A stretch of DNA of 39,230 bases from Welwitschia mirabilis (lineage: Eukaryota), in the NCBI GenBank assembly GCA_051453625.1, contig JBOZIK010000001.1, forward strand, positions 37,849,068-37,888,297, in the 5' to 3' direction. The translations under genes were made by a program, and so were the position numbers. Positions 11,314 to 24,403 of the stretch are shown here, piece after piece (the stretch's first letter is position 1; each line of letters opens with the position of its first letter). The notes beneath the pieces are model-generated. The model saw nothing but the letters and a program-made list of their open reading frames with translations, was not told the DNA's origin and made no database searches.

Positions 11314-12356
11314 TTAATTATATTCTTCCTCCTCCTCCTCTTCTTCTTCTTCTTCTTCAGATTTCTCCTCTAAATATTCTTCATCTCCACCAGTACAAGT
11401 AGAGCTAGTACCTTCAGCTAAGATATCCACAATGTCATATCCAACTGTAATGAGTGCTTCTTTCATATGTTTGGTTTGAGGGTTAATTTGTTTTAAATAT
11501 GAAAGAGTCTCATCTGGAGATGTCACTTTTGGAGTTTCAGAAGGGGATTTCTTCGAAGGAGCAAAGATATACATGCAAGATAAAGTAACATGCCCAATGG
11601 GTAACAAAGGCTAAAGTGACTCTAAAAAATGATACAGATTAACATGAAAATGGTGACAGATTTTAGTGATAAGCACAAAGTAGGATAGAGCCCTAGTTTT
11701 GTGGTAATCCAACTATGAAGCCATATTTTTATGGCAAGAGAATTAATAAAATACTCAGTTCCTACTAAATACATCAAATATTCCCTATAGCTAGAGGCCT
11801 CGTCACAATGGGTAGCTTAAAGAAGAAAATTAGAAGTAAAGATCAAATGAATAAGGTGATATTTGGGAGTTAACAGAGAAGTAGTAAGGTGTATTTCCAA
11901 GTATGCATTTTACTGTAAATCTCCCTAGTGATTGATGGCTTATCTTCCATGGTGTCTCTTAGAGGCCAAAACTCCTCATAATCTTCTCGTGGAAGATCGT
12001 TCAGCTCTAAAATGAGATCTGCTATCATTCTTACCCTTCTATCTAAAACAAGGATTTTTAGAGTCCTAGTATCATAGTTAAAAGAAGCATTGCAATAAAA
12101 CATTCTAGTAAAAAAAAAAAACATGTAGGACCTGAAACATCTAAGAAATGATTTAGATATTGATCCCTCAAGAGCTAAATGATATCTCTTAGTTTCCTAA
12201 GCTCAGATGTGGATACTAGCTACTCTTGGCACATAGCTTTCTTTTTAAACTTTTCAAAGAACTTGTCCATGGCTTTTCAGACATTCTCAAGTAGAAGTAG
12301 GAAGGTTTCCTTAAAAAACCTTCCTTTAGACCTCTCTTGAAAGAGTTGGCTGTCAT
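11314..12356 (-). pseudogene. SIRE env-like extra ORF, disrupted, with acidic C-terminus
   Basis: Candidate ATG at 12356; fragments DKFFEKFKKKAMCQE, TRMFYCNASFNYDTRTLKILVL (11870-12124) and 11314-11607 ending in poly-Glu; position lies between the pol region and the PPTs. Confidence 0.7.
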
Positions 12357-12829
12357 TCTAAGACTTTTAAAGGAAAGAATACTGAGAAAATCACTGGATC
12401 TAGCTACAAAGATCTCTTAATCTGAAAGAAAACTCACTAGATCTGAAGACTTGGAGGCACTAGATTAAGATGGAATCAAGTTAGGATTCTAGTTCTTTTA
12501 TAGATTAAGGAAAATAGGGTAGATTTGAGGAAGAAATCAGGTCCACCAACTATACTTCCGCACTGCAATCCATCAGGTTCAGTTAACCGCTTACTAGAAG
12601 GGGTCAGGGTGACTGGGCTTTTGGTTTAGTCGACCGACCACATCTGATGGACCGAATCATAGATCTGGTTAACCACCCTGCAATCAGCTAAGAGATGGTG
12701 TATTGATCTCCAAATCACTTCCATAAATAATAAATTAATTATAAGAACTAGAGTTAATATCAGATTCGACAGAATGACATTTAGTTTTATCACAATCTTG
12801 CCTAAAACATTTATTTGCATTAATTGATT

Positions 12830-13200
12830 GATCAAAAGTTTTAACTTAATATGTAAGCATTATCAACATGTTTTTCACTTAAGATAACAACATTTTTTTT
12901 TCTCATTCTCAACTGTACATTTTGATTTATCAAAGATTATTCTATGTCCTTTATCACAAAATTGACTAATGCTTAGTAAATTGTGTTGTAAACCATTCAT
13001 ATAAAGTACACTATCGAGATTTGATGACATACCTCTTTTGATGATTTCTATACCTTTGATTTTTGCTATTTGGTTATTTTCAAAAATGAGTTCTCTTCCA
13101 TTTATGCTCTTTAAGTTCTGAAAGCTTGATTTATCTCCTATCATATGCATTGAACAACTGCTATCTAGATACCAACTGTTCAAATGAGGTTCTCTATAAT
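12830..13200 (-). pseudogene. Copia aspartic protease, after which pol is truncated
   Basis: ORF 12875-13183 SWYLDSSCSMHMIGDKSSF...VLYMNGLQHNLLSISQFCDKG; frameshifted continuation ILSEKHVDNAYIL, then homology is lost. Confidence 0.92.
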
Positions 13201-13329
13201 TTATCTATGTCATAAAACTTTGGAGATTATTAGCTATAATCCACTTAGTATTATTTGATTTGATGTATTCTTATTAAGAATAAATTTAAATGATAAAGCA
13301 TTCACATGTTTAGAAGTAAACATTATATA

Positions 13330-14649
13330 TCTAGGTTTGTAAAATAGTTTGGAATGATTAAATCTACCACAAAAATTACATAAGATATTAGACAAATACT
13401 TACTTCTTTGGNNNNNNNNNNNNNNNNNNNNNNNNNNNNNNNNNNNNNNNNNNNNNNNNNNCCCTATTTTTCTTTCATATTCTAAGCATCTGTTCTAGTT
13501 TAGAGGAACTACCAGAAAACTTATTTACAAAGAATGAAAGAACATTTACCTAGGTAGTTAACATGAAGTTATCGGCTTTGAGTACTTTTCACTTTTCTTC
13601 TACTTCCTTCGTTTCTTTTGTAATGTTCTTTACCATTTTGTTTAACTCATTGATTCTCTTAGAGAACTTCTCACATTCTTCATACAATGCTTGACAGGTT
13701 TCTTCTAACTCATCTTCCTCTACATCAATTATATCTAAGTCATCTAACATTGAAGTACTAGGCACATTCTTGAGTGATGATACTAGAGCCATAAAAGATA
13801 ACCTTCTTTCTCTAGCTGATCCATGATCTAAGTAGTTCTATTCATCTTTATTAGCTTCATTATTTTAAATTGCCATAAATGAGGTGTTTTAGGCTTCCTG
13901 ATTTCTCTTCTAGTGTTGGGACATTCATTGGCCATATGTCCAAATCCTTTGCATGAATAACACTAGATTTACTTTTTCTTATCTTGATCTTTTTTTTATT
14001 TTGGATTGCTTCTCCTTGAATTCCTACTCGATTCTCCTTCCTATTTCCTATAGAGAAATCTTTTGAAATGCCTGGCTAGAAGAGCCACTTCATCATCATC
14101 GAGTTCTTCATTTAACCTATTAGATCTATAGTCCTCCTGCACACACTTTAAAGAAATACCTTTTTTTCTATCTTAGTAAATTTAAGTTTATAGGCTTTAA
14201 GATTACCTTGAAGTTATTTCAACTCCATTACACTAATGTTTTTGCTTCCTTCGATGGCTATTACCTTTACTTCAAATCTTTTGGGTAGGGATCTCAACAC
14301 TTTCCTTACTACCTTGNNNNNNNNNNNNNNNNNNNNNNNNNNNNNNNNNNNNNNNNNNNNNNNNNNNNNNNNNNNNNNNNNNNNNNNNNNNNNNNNNNNN
14401 NNNNNNNNNNNNNNNNATTTCTTCCATGCATTCTCTGAGGCTTGCCATTGAGTTTACTATATCTGTAAGTCTAGAAAAAAATTCTTGCAAGGTTTCTTCA
14501 TCATCCATATGAATATCTTCAAATCTAGAGATAAGCATTTTCAGTTTTGCTTGTTTAATAGTGGATGTTCCTTTATGTGCAACTTCTAAAATATTCCAAG
14601 CTTCTTTTGCATGGTTACAGTTTACAATTATTTTAAATTCATCTACACA
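13330..14649 (-). pseudogene. Copia/SIRE gag (UBN2-type capsid region, zinc knuckles, coiled-coil extension)
   Basis: AKEAWNILEVAHKGTSTIKQAKLKMLISRFEDIHMDDEETLQEFFSRLTDIVN; CYSCKGFGHMANEC at ~13921-13962; coiled-coil-like ORF 13589-13792; second decayed knuckle CNFCGRFNH at ~13354-13380. The 5' end is in a gap. Confidence 0.9.
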
Positions 14650-14979
14650 NNNNNNNNNNNNNNNNNNNNNNNNNNNNNNNNNNNNNNNNNNNNNNNNNNN
14701 NNNNNNNNNNNNNNNNNNNNNNNNNNNNNNNNNNNNNNNNNNNNNNNNNNNNNNNNNNNNNNNNNNNNNNNNNNNNNNNNNNNNNNNNNNNNNNNNNNNN
14801 NNNNNNNNNNNNNNNNNNNNNNNNNNNNNNNNNNNNNNNNNNNNNNNNNNNNNNNNNNNNNNNNNNNNNNNNNNNNNNNNNNNNNNNNNNNNNNNNNNNN
14901 NNNNNNNNNNNNNNNNNNNNNNNNNNNNNNNNNNNNNNNNNNNNNNNNNNNNNNNAAAATCTCTCAAAGACTAACCTAA

Positions 14980-14991
14980 GCTCTGATACTA
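14980..14991 (-). other. Primer binding site (tRNA-iMet) of SIRE
   Basis: Minus strand TAGTATCAGAGC, one mismatch from TGGTATCAGAGC, 2 nt from the LTR end. Confidence 0.88.
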
Positions 14992-14993
14992 AC

Positions 14994-16361
14994 TGATAGG
15001 ATCAAGAACCCGAGAGGATGGAGAAAAGGGGGAGGGGGAGGGGGAGAGGTTAATAGGTTCTTTCAAAGACTTAGATTTAAAAATAATTAGAGTTATCTAA
15101 TCACAATTTGCATGTAACAGTAACAAAATTAAGAATGTACATATAAGAAATAGAAACTAAATGTAAAGAATAAAAATACAGAAACTTATAAACTATCAAA
15201 TTAGATGCACACAAGATTTAGAGTTGTTTGGAAACTCCCCTACTCTACTCTTAATGATCAGCTTCTTTCAAGCTTAATTGCAGATCCCTATTACTCCATA
15301 GGTTTTGCCAGATTTACTTGTAACCATTACAAGTAGACTTTTACAGGCTAAGTCTCAACCTTAACATTGGACTTTTGTAGGCAAAGTCTCAATATTTAAT
15401 AATAAACTTTTGTAGGTGAAGTCGTAACCTCTAAAATCAATAGAAGTAATGCAATGCAGCCTTGGTAGCTCAAATATTACACGTTCAGTATCAGTACAAT
15501 GAATGGAGCTCTTCTCTAATAAAATACAATGACGAAATCCTTAGATCTGATTTTGGATGTAGTTTTTTTTACCAAGGATAGATCTTATTAATCAGGTATG
15601 AATCTATACAATGAGGTGCCAATGAAAACACCACTTGATCTTTCAGATTCACAATAAACATACCAATTTTGAATAGTGCCAAAAGATCTTTAGGTCATCT
15701 ATCGCCTAGATATTTATAACAGAGGGTTATTAGGGTTTATTACAAATGAATTGTGCCTCTAATGGCTATAAATGACTAGAAAATGGCTAGGTAATGGATA
15801 TTTAATGGATACATAATGTTTATAACTTTTGCTTTTTCACACTATCTAGTTGACCCCACAAAAATCCAGTTGATCCCATGAGAACTCGGTCGATCTCATC
15901 CTGGGTCTAGTTGATCCCTTGTCTTTTGGTGTGAAATTATAGACTATTGGCTTCTCAGGTATGGTCGACCCCATAAAAATCTGATCGACCCCTTTCCTCT
16001 TAGTTTACGACAATTGACTATTAGCTTCTCAGGTCTAGTCGACCTCATGAAAATCCAGTCAACCTCTTTCCCCTTGGTCTAGAACTATAGGTTCTTGAGA
16101 TCATAGATTAGTCAACCCCTTCAAAATCCAGTCGATCCCTTTTAGTTTAGTTTATTTCTTGGTGACTGCTTTATATGCGGTTGACTCCTTTAGACTTCAG
16201 TCGACCCCCACTGGAGGTAAACATAACTAAATATTTTTTCTAGTGCATTTTGGTCCAATTTTTTCACTTGCAAAACTCAATCTAATTTGCACACAATATG
16301 TAACGATTTGCACTACACTAAAGAAATTAGTTTAACATCAATCAGCAAATATAATCTAACA
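14994..16361 (-). repeat. SIRE 5' LTR
   Basis: TG at 14994 and CA at 16360-16361; adjacent to the PBS; C-rich terminal tract; followed by TSD. Confidence 0.93.
15711..15718 (-). promoter_or_regulatory. TATA box of SIRE 5' LTR
   Basis: TATAAATA on the minus strand downstream of the repeated-motif cluster; conserved at 9818-9825. Confidence 0.6.
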
Positions 16362-16612
16362 TAATCCACTAGAGATATAAACTTATTATCCTTTAATTCA
16401 CCTCTATCTTTACATAGCTTATGAAATCACTAAAATATCTCTTAACATGAATGAGAGCTGTTTGAATCATAAGAGACCTAGCATGATGAGGTGGAGGGTG
16501 GACTGGCTATGCATGCTTAACATCTAGTAGTGATGATGGACATACCTCCTACTCCATAGCATTCTTATCTACCTTAGTTTATCTAGCTCTATGTGTATGT
16601 GTTCTAATCAAT
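16362..16612 (-). pseudogene. Athila extra ORF of element B, 5' part
   Basis: Continues across the SIRE TSD into 9124; homologous to 38700-38950 (tacacatagagctagata, gtggatt). Confidence 0.6.
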
Positions 16613-18793
16613 TATAAATACAAAATACATCACACAAGATCAAGTAAAGATTGCTAAAATGTGTTGCATTGATACTTGAAATGGTTCCATAAATTGGTTT
16701 TTTATGTGTAGAAATCATAAAGATATATATTTCCTTTCCTTAAGAGTGTCAATATATCTCATGTTGTCTAATTGTGCAATGAAAAATGAAAAATACATGA
16801 ATATGTCGAAAAATGTAAACTAGGTGGACCACATATAAGGTAAAAATGAAACTACTCAAATGAAAAATATAATCCACTAGAATCATAGAGCACATTGTAT
16901 TTATCAACTTTCCATAAAGAACCATTACATTTCAACTTATTTTTTGTGAGAAAATGATTTTTAAATTTAAAAAACCTAATTCTACCTTATAAAGAACACA
17001 ATTCATCATAACTCATAAAATATGTAGTGAAAATCTGATCTATAGGTTCCAAATCAAAGAGCACAAAAATCTAAATGATATACATAGAAACTATGCATTG
17101 AAATGCTTAAAATGGGGAGAAAAAATTAAAAATAATGAGGGAGATAAAAAATACCTTATTTTACAAAATCTATTGAAAATTTATAATCCGCGGCATGAAT
17201 CAGACTAGGTAAATGTTGAAAATGTCAATATAAACAAGGATGATTATTGTCTCCTAAAAGAATATATGTAAATAATAAATAATAAAAGAAAACTAAGAAA
17301 AAAACTTTGGCCCATGATTCTATTATACTGTCAACCAGATAACAGCCCTAGGATGACTATTAAAAAAAATCTTAGTATCACTCTTTATATCATCTAGATG
17401 ACTTAGTAGATGACAGAACTTTGAAAAAGCTCTGAAAAGTGAAAATGTTAGCTAATAAGTTAGGTTTAAAAATCAGTGTTAAGGTACCATAATGTATCAA
17501 AAAACTCAAAAACTTAAGAACAATGAAGAGTTATAATAAACAAGGATACAAAATAAGGAAAACTCAAAGGAACCGAAAGATAGGATAATGAGAATGCATT
17601 AAGTAGGTTAAAACCTATCAAAGAAAACTAAACAAATGTGATTAATCTTAAAAAAAATCATAAAAATATGTAAAACCTCAAAAGACTTAAACGAATCTCA
17701 TAAATATCATGAATAATAAGATAATACTATCTAATTAAAATGTTATAATAAAATAAACTTGTGAGTAATAAAAATGACATGAATAATAATAAATAAACTA
17801 GATTAAATAATAAGATCTTAAATGATGATGAAAGATTATAAAAATAACTCTGAAATAAGCAATTAAAGAACCAAAGAAAAGTAGAATGAAAATTGATATA
17901 ATAACTATGAATAAGATAACTTGCATGTCCTAAATTCTAACCTAGCAAACCCCCTTGAAAGAAATCATAAAACCACCTAAGTAAAGATGCATGATAAAAG
18001 GTATCAACTTTATAAAATTCCACTTAAAAAGAAAATGATTATGATGATATAAAATATTAATTTCTCAAAATAATAAATGATAAGATCAAAAGCTATTCAA
18101 ACATGAACTCATCTAATCACACCTCAAAACACACCTGAATCAATAAAAGTAAAATTATCATATGGGAATACTAAGAGTTTAAAAAATAAGCAATGCCTTT
18201 GATGACACCAAGAACACCATTGATCCCATAGCCTTAAAGCTTTATTACTACTTTCTATAATAAACAAAGTTCAACTACAATTAGAGAAGTAAGAACCCGT
18301 GAAGTATGGCTAACTAACCCCCCATTAGAATTCTCATAGCTACCAACACTGTTAAAGGTTCCTTTCAAAAAAAATTTATCCTAGTATGATAGGACATTAT
18401 AGTGATCATGTATTTTAGCATAGATATAATAGATCATGATTATTATTTATTTTTATTCTCTCCATCTTTTATAACAAAAATAATTCCAACATAATTACAT
18501 ACTGAAAAAGAGAAAGGTGAAGAAGTAAGATGAAAGACAAAAAAGAATATACCTAAACGATTAAAGAGCTCATAACATTGAAAAAAAAAGTATAATAACT
18601 AAGGAATATTCCTTTAGAGTGAATTTCATAAATATGTAAATGTCTTAAGATTGGATGAATCCAATCTTATTATTGTAAAAATGTCCAAGTATGAATACTC
18701 ATCATGGAAGCTTCATAAAGCAAATATATAAGTCAAGTTAAAGATGATTAAATGACATCATAACATCCACTACAAGAATAAGCTAAGAGAAAT

Positions 18794-21497
18794 CTAGATA
18801 ATGGTAGGGAGGAAGTCCTTTCTATTAAGGAAAACCTCTAAAACAATTGCTTCTATCATGTTTAAGGTTGTATCAAAAGGTTTTTCATATATTTTTAACC
18901 TTTTTCCATTAACTTTTTGAATCTCATTAGTAGCTAACTTAGAAATCTCGACAGAGCCATTAGAATGTACTTTTTCTATAAGATAAAGATATAACCATTT
19001 AGATGTCAACTTTTTATATAAAATATGTACCGTAGTATTGTATAAAATAATAAGTTAACCAAGTTCAAACTTTTTATGAAGTAGTTTTTATCATGTTTAA
19101 ACTTATCTTAGGCTTTGTGAATGAGTTGATAATGTATAGCACAAGTACTTTTTCATCTAGATGACTAAGTTGGACTAATCTATTTTTAAGGTTTTTATGA
19201 ATATATTTAAGATTAAGTTAATGGAAATAACAATAATAGTTATAACACACATCAACTAGTAAAACATAAACTTTTCCATATATAAGTTCATAAGGTGAAA
19301 AACCAAGAGAATTATGTTAAGTAGTATGGTAAGCCCAAAGAACATAATTGAGCTTAGAAGCCTAAGATTATTTATTAATAAAGATAATTTTTATAGAATT
19401 TTTTTAATTTCTCTATTTGCATTTTTAGCTTAATCATTAGTTTGTGAATGATAAGCACAAGTTACTCTAAGTTCAATTCCAATGGATAAAACAAGTTTTC
19501 TAAAAAGTTAATTAATAAAATAAGTTTCTTAATCACTAATAATAATCATAATAAAATTAAAACATTAAAAATATGAGTTCTAATAAAATTATAAATATTT
19601 TGAACATCATTCATAAAAGTATAAGTAAATTCAACCCATTTTATAACATAATCGTTAGCCACTAAAATGTAGATCTTATCATTAGGAGGTGGCTTAATAG
19701 GGATTATAAAATCAATTCCCTAATAATAAAAAGCTTCACATTTAAGAATAGATTTAAAGAACATCTCATAAAAATGAAAAGGCTACCATCACATTAACAA
19801 CCATCACATCTTTTAGTAAAATCAAAAAAGTCCTGAAAAAGACTAGTCCAAGAAAAACTAGAGTGAAGGATTTTCATTATTATTTTATATCATGTAAGTG
19901 TGTGTTAGGGCAGGAGGTGGAACTTCATGTTGCATGAAGTGATAAACACAACCATAGCAAAGATGAAGGATTTCTAATTTTTTCTATTCAGGCACACATT
20001 TTTTTCATGATTTACTTTTTACACCTATAGTAAAGATGTTGCTCTATCCATTCATAATAACCTATTCTAGAGAGAAGAGATTTTCTTTGATTATGAGTCT
20101 AATGTTATGGTGTTTTCATAGTAATAAGATAATTAACTATGTTATCATAGCAAGAAGGAGGATGACTAGAAGACATGGCATAAAGCTGTTCATACAAAAA
20201 AGAATCATCAATCATAAGATCATCAAGAGAAGAAGAAAGATATGACAAATTATTTGCTACACTGTTATATATTCCTAGTTTATCAGTAATGATAAGGTTA
20301 AATTCTTACATGACAAGGATTCATCTAATGAGTTTAGGACTAAAATCTTTCTTAGTCATGAGGTATCAAATAGTTATATGATTAATATAAACATTTGTAT
20401 GAAAGCCTAAAAATAGTGTCTAGGTGTATTAAGGTAAAAGATTAGTACTAACATTTATTTCTCAGTAGTAGTGTAATTAAATTGAGCTTTTAAACAAAGT
20501 TTTAATATAATAAAATGTAACTTTAAAAAGTCATTTTCATATTTTTATTTAAGAACCCCACCCATGATAATATTACTAGCATCACATATTAAATCAAAAT
20601 ATTTATTTTAATTGGGTATCATTACAATAGGTGTGGAAGAGATTAATCTTTAAGTGTTTTAAAAGCAAGCTAATAAGATTCATTTCATTTAAATTTATTT
20701 TATTTTTCACATAATGAGTAAAGAGGTTTACCAATTTTAGCATAAACTTGAATAAAATGATGATAAAAATCATAATAACCGAGAAAATATTAAACTTGTT
20801 TTATATTTATTAGAGGAGTTAAGTTTTTAATAATGCCTACTTTCTTAGGGTCCATCCTATTTCCTTTACTAGAAATGTGGTAACCTAAGACAATTGCATT
20901 ATTAACCGAAAAGAAACTTTTCTCCCAATTTAAATGTAGGCCATTCTCAATGAATTTATTAAGGACTTTTTCTAATATTTCTAAGATTTGTTCAAAGTTT
21001 TTATCATAGATTGGAAAGTCATCTATAAAAATCAATTAAATCATCTAACATATCAGAAAAAATACCATCATTACACATTGAAAAGTAATTTGAGCATTAC
21101 AAAGTCCAAAAACCAGCATCCAAAGGTAAATGTTCTAAAAGGTAAAGTAAAAGTTGTCTTAGCTTAATCCTCACCAGTAATACAAAACTGATTGAAATCA
21201 CTTTGCTCATCAAGAAAGTAATAAAAGACATATTCTTGGATTCTATCAGGTATTTTATCAAGAAAAGGTAAAGGACAATGGTCTTTCTTAGTTACAACAT
21301 TTAGCTTCTTAAAATCAATACACATTTATCACTTTCTATCTTTCTTAGGTACTACTATTAAAGGGCTAATCCACTCACTATCAGATATGGTATAAATAAT
21401 TATAGCTCCATTAATTTAATGATTTCATCCTTTAGAACTTGTTTAAGGGCTAAATTTTATCTATGTTTAGGTTGCTTCATAGGTTTTGCATTATCTT
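18794..21497 (-). pseudogene. Gypsy pol of element B (RT, RNase H, integrase), many stops and frameshifts
   Basis: RT IFIDDF...LHLNWEKSFF...VLGYHISSKG (20790-21035), ISDSEWISPL near 21380, integrase GIDF...YILVANDYV near 19650-19720, and C-terminus KVNGKRLKIY (18794-19009). Confidence 0.92.
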
Positions 21498-22748
21498 TAT
21501 TGTGTTGTCAACTTACATATATTTGAGAGAGTACTTTGAGTAGTTTTGTAGGATGTTAGAGAAGTTTATACTACATTTTTATGATAATGGAGATATGAGA
21601 TAAAATATACAAAAACATGTAATCTCTATGACATTTTATAGCATTTCGAATAGTTCACAATACTTCCTATTTTGAAGCAAACTTCTTGCAAACATTGAGG
21701 CTAATGCATTATATTANNNNNNNNNNNNNNNNNNNNNNNNNNNNNNNNNNNNNNNNNNNNNNNNNNNNNNNNNNNNNNNNNNNNNNNNNNNNNNNNNNNN
21801 NNNNNNNNNNNNNNNNATTTTGAAGCAAACTTCTTGCAAACATTGAGGCTAATGCATTATATTAACACTTATAAAAGCCTATCATCCACCTTGTCATCTG
21901 TATGTTTATATGAATGATAGAATAGTTAAAGCTAACAAGGATGATGATTGTGATTCATATGATAGATGACATGGGATACTTATGAGGTGACATCATCCCC
22001 TATATTATCCGGAAGACCTGTAGGACAACATCTGTTATAACGCTCCATTGAATATTTACTTAACTTTTGCCATTTATTTGTATATATCTTGTATGGCTGT
22101 TAGGATTATGCCCATGCCTATTTCTCTATTTTGTTATTTGTGTGTTTGCTTATCAATAAGTCTGATTCTATTCTCAACTTTGTCTTGTTTTCATTTGTAC
22201 TATAAATTCTTGTAATAGGAGATCGAAGGGCCAAAGATAGATCCTTGGTACTTATAGAGAGATGTCTTCCTTGGTGTTGGGCTGTGCTTTCTCCATTGAG
22301 ATTTGGCTACTTTATAACATGAAGGTAGTTTGAGATTAATTCAAAGAATGCTTTTTAATTTTCTATTCTTATTGTTACTTATCCCTCATATTTATATTGC
22401 TTCTGATTCCATGATAGGTTTTTGAGTGATATAGGTTATGAGAGCAACCTTTGTTAAGATTGAGCATTATTATTTTAGGTGTGTTATTTCTTTTCTTTCC
22501 TAGATTAACTTTACATAAGTGTGTTACATTATTATTTTCTTCATTGAAATTTATTTCTATGCTAGCATACATACATATTTCTTACTGAAATTAATTCTCT
22601 TTATTATCGCTTGAGCCTTTGATGGATTATAATATTCGAGTTCACTCCCATCTATATTAACATGTTGTATTGTGTAAAATATCTATTTTATTTGTAAATA
22701 ATAAATCCTCCTTAATTGTAATCATTTATATAAATACACACTACAACA
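21498..22748 (+). repeat. 5' LTR of element E
   Basis: T(A)TTG start aligned to the B LTR, end cacactaCAACA, TATAAAT at 22201; followed by ttggttttgttgttagggaagg, a decayed TGGCGCCGTTGCCGGGGA-type PBS. Confidence 0.82.
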
Positions 22749-23349
22749 TCTTGGTTTTGTTGTTAGGGAAGGCTGCTTGGAGTTTAAGAGTTATTATTAC
22801 TATTGTAAGTGTTTGGATTTTGCTTTGGATGTTTTCCTGCAACACTGTTATATTTTTAGTTAGTAAAATAAGTTTTTATTTTCATGATTTTTATTTTTAC
22901 ATTTAAAATAAATACTTTTTGTCTGCCTCAAGATCCAGATGATGTGTGGTGATGATGGCCTCTGTGCCTTGAGTATTTTAGTTTTTCACTTTCTTAAAAC
23001 TATTTAGGGTTTTTCTATTGTCCCCTTTATCATACATATAACTTAAAAGGATGATACTATGTTTTCTATGTTTTTTGTATCTGTCATTTTGAATTTCTAT
23101 TTTCTACATTTTTGTTTTTTGTGTTTTCTGTGTTTCAGTTATTTAAATAATCATACGAATAACCATAAGCATGATACACTATGCATCAAAACTGAGCATT
23201 CTGGGACATGGTAAAATCTAATAAGAAATAAAAATATCAAAGAGAATGATTGTTCATAAAGGAAAATATTCAAGAAGGTTTTAGTAATTTCAAAATTAAT
23301 TCATGTACACACAATAAAGATACATAAGTTTTAAAAATTCTAGAAATTT

Positions 23350-24403
23350 TATTGTAGTGTATACTTGTACATGCTTTTATGTTCAAATAGATTTTGTCAT
23401 TAATAATAAAAATAGATATTATGCATAATACATCACATTAGTATAATGTGATGTATCTAAAATGTCATATCTCATTAAAGTCTATGAGTATGAGACTTAG
23501 GTTGTTTTTGTAATTTAAACTAAGAACCAGAAATATGCAAGAAAATAAAGTATCATGCAAAGTAAAATATGCAATCTAATCTAACATGCAATGCAAAATA
23601 ATTATAACCTTACTTGCTTTTAGCCTTAATAAAGGCTGCCCTTCATAATCTATATCACCTAATAAATTATTACTAGATTAAGGAAAACATTAGACTATAA
23701 GAGTCACAAGAAGATTTATAATGCAAACATGTAAAGAATACCAAGATTTATATTAAAAGTGTAACATTCATCTGGGTTACAAAATAGCTGAGTCTTAATG
23801 GAAGATACTCAGCCCTCCACTAAGTGCATGTCTTTTTGTAACTCATGTAGATGGATCTCTTGCCCTTCGCTCTTCTATCACGAGAATCTTTGGTGAATTG
23901 AAGATGATAAGGAGATTTAAAGGGGGACTTATTTATAGGAAATATAATAGAAAAGGACAAACAGAAGGTGCAGTTATGCATGCTCATTAAGGACTCAAAA
24001 ACAAATGAAACAGCCAAGGAAATCTATCAGTGACAGTTACATATCAGTGTCATCCAAGATGTTATCCAGACAACATGAGGGATGATAGAACATTATAAAA
24101 TATCTTTGAAAGTGATGAATTAGCAGTCCACATAAGCAGTTGTCATCCTACCTATCGTGTGGATGATGGAGGGGATGATAATCTTCTTTAATGATTTTAT
24201 TGACAATAAACTTAACATTTTTATTATAAAAGCTCTGTTTATCAGAAAGTGTCTTTAATGCATCAATTATGAATAGGAATCACACTTTTCTAAGATTTTT
24301 ACTTGTATCTCCAAAATCCTCAGTATTGCACCTAAACCTATATAAAAGTCCTATAAAACAACTCATAAAACCCATTAAATAACCATAAATTGGCAGTGCA
24401 ACA
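23350..24403 (-). repeat. 3' LTR of element D
   Basis: Ends CAACA next to PPT complement tagccccccactt; colinear with the 29568 and 30127 copies. Confidence 0.9.

Larger units (their letters stand above)
9125..16361 (-). mobile_element. Ty1/copia Sirevirus (SIRE-like) retrotransposon, internally deleted; TSD TAATC
   Basis: LTRs at 9125-10450 and 14994-16361; TAATC at 9120-9124 and 16362-16366; tRNA-iMet PBS, multiple PPTs, gag with CCHC motifs, copia protease and env-like ORF. The rejoined flanks match uninterrupted 38880-39000. Confidence 0.93.
6317..21497 (-). mobile_element. Element B: degenerate Athila-like gypsy (RT-RNase H-integrase, post-pol region, extra ORF, PPT, 3' LTR), interrupted by SIRE and cut in RT by element E
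   Basis: 3' LTR 6317-7586 and PPT 7587-7600; extra ORF split at 9124/16362; region 16367-21497 is colinear in reverse with 33950-38950 of element E. Confidence 0.85.

Noticed and set aside
11323..11358. TCC/TCT microsatellite as an independent feature
   Set aside because: It simply encodes the poly-Glu tail of the env-like ORF.
14236..14979. Plus-strand ORFs here and other X-rich ORFs (308-514, 25794-26168, most of 26378-26953)
   Set aside because: Their length comes from reading through N gaps or from antisense frames of gag.
21669..21864. Exact 48-bp direct repeat (21669-21716 and 21817-21864) flanking a 100-N gap
   Set aside because: Perfect identity in otherwise decayed DNA on both sides of a placeholder gap indicates an unmerged contig overlap, not biology.
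6317..22748. LTRs 6317-7586 and 21498-22748 (or 2574-3922 and 39077 onward) as ends of one element
   Set aside because: They are in opposite orientations, lack a shared TSD, and their own PPT, PBS or host-junction context places them in separate insertions.
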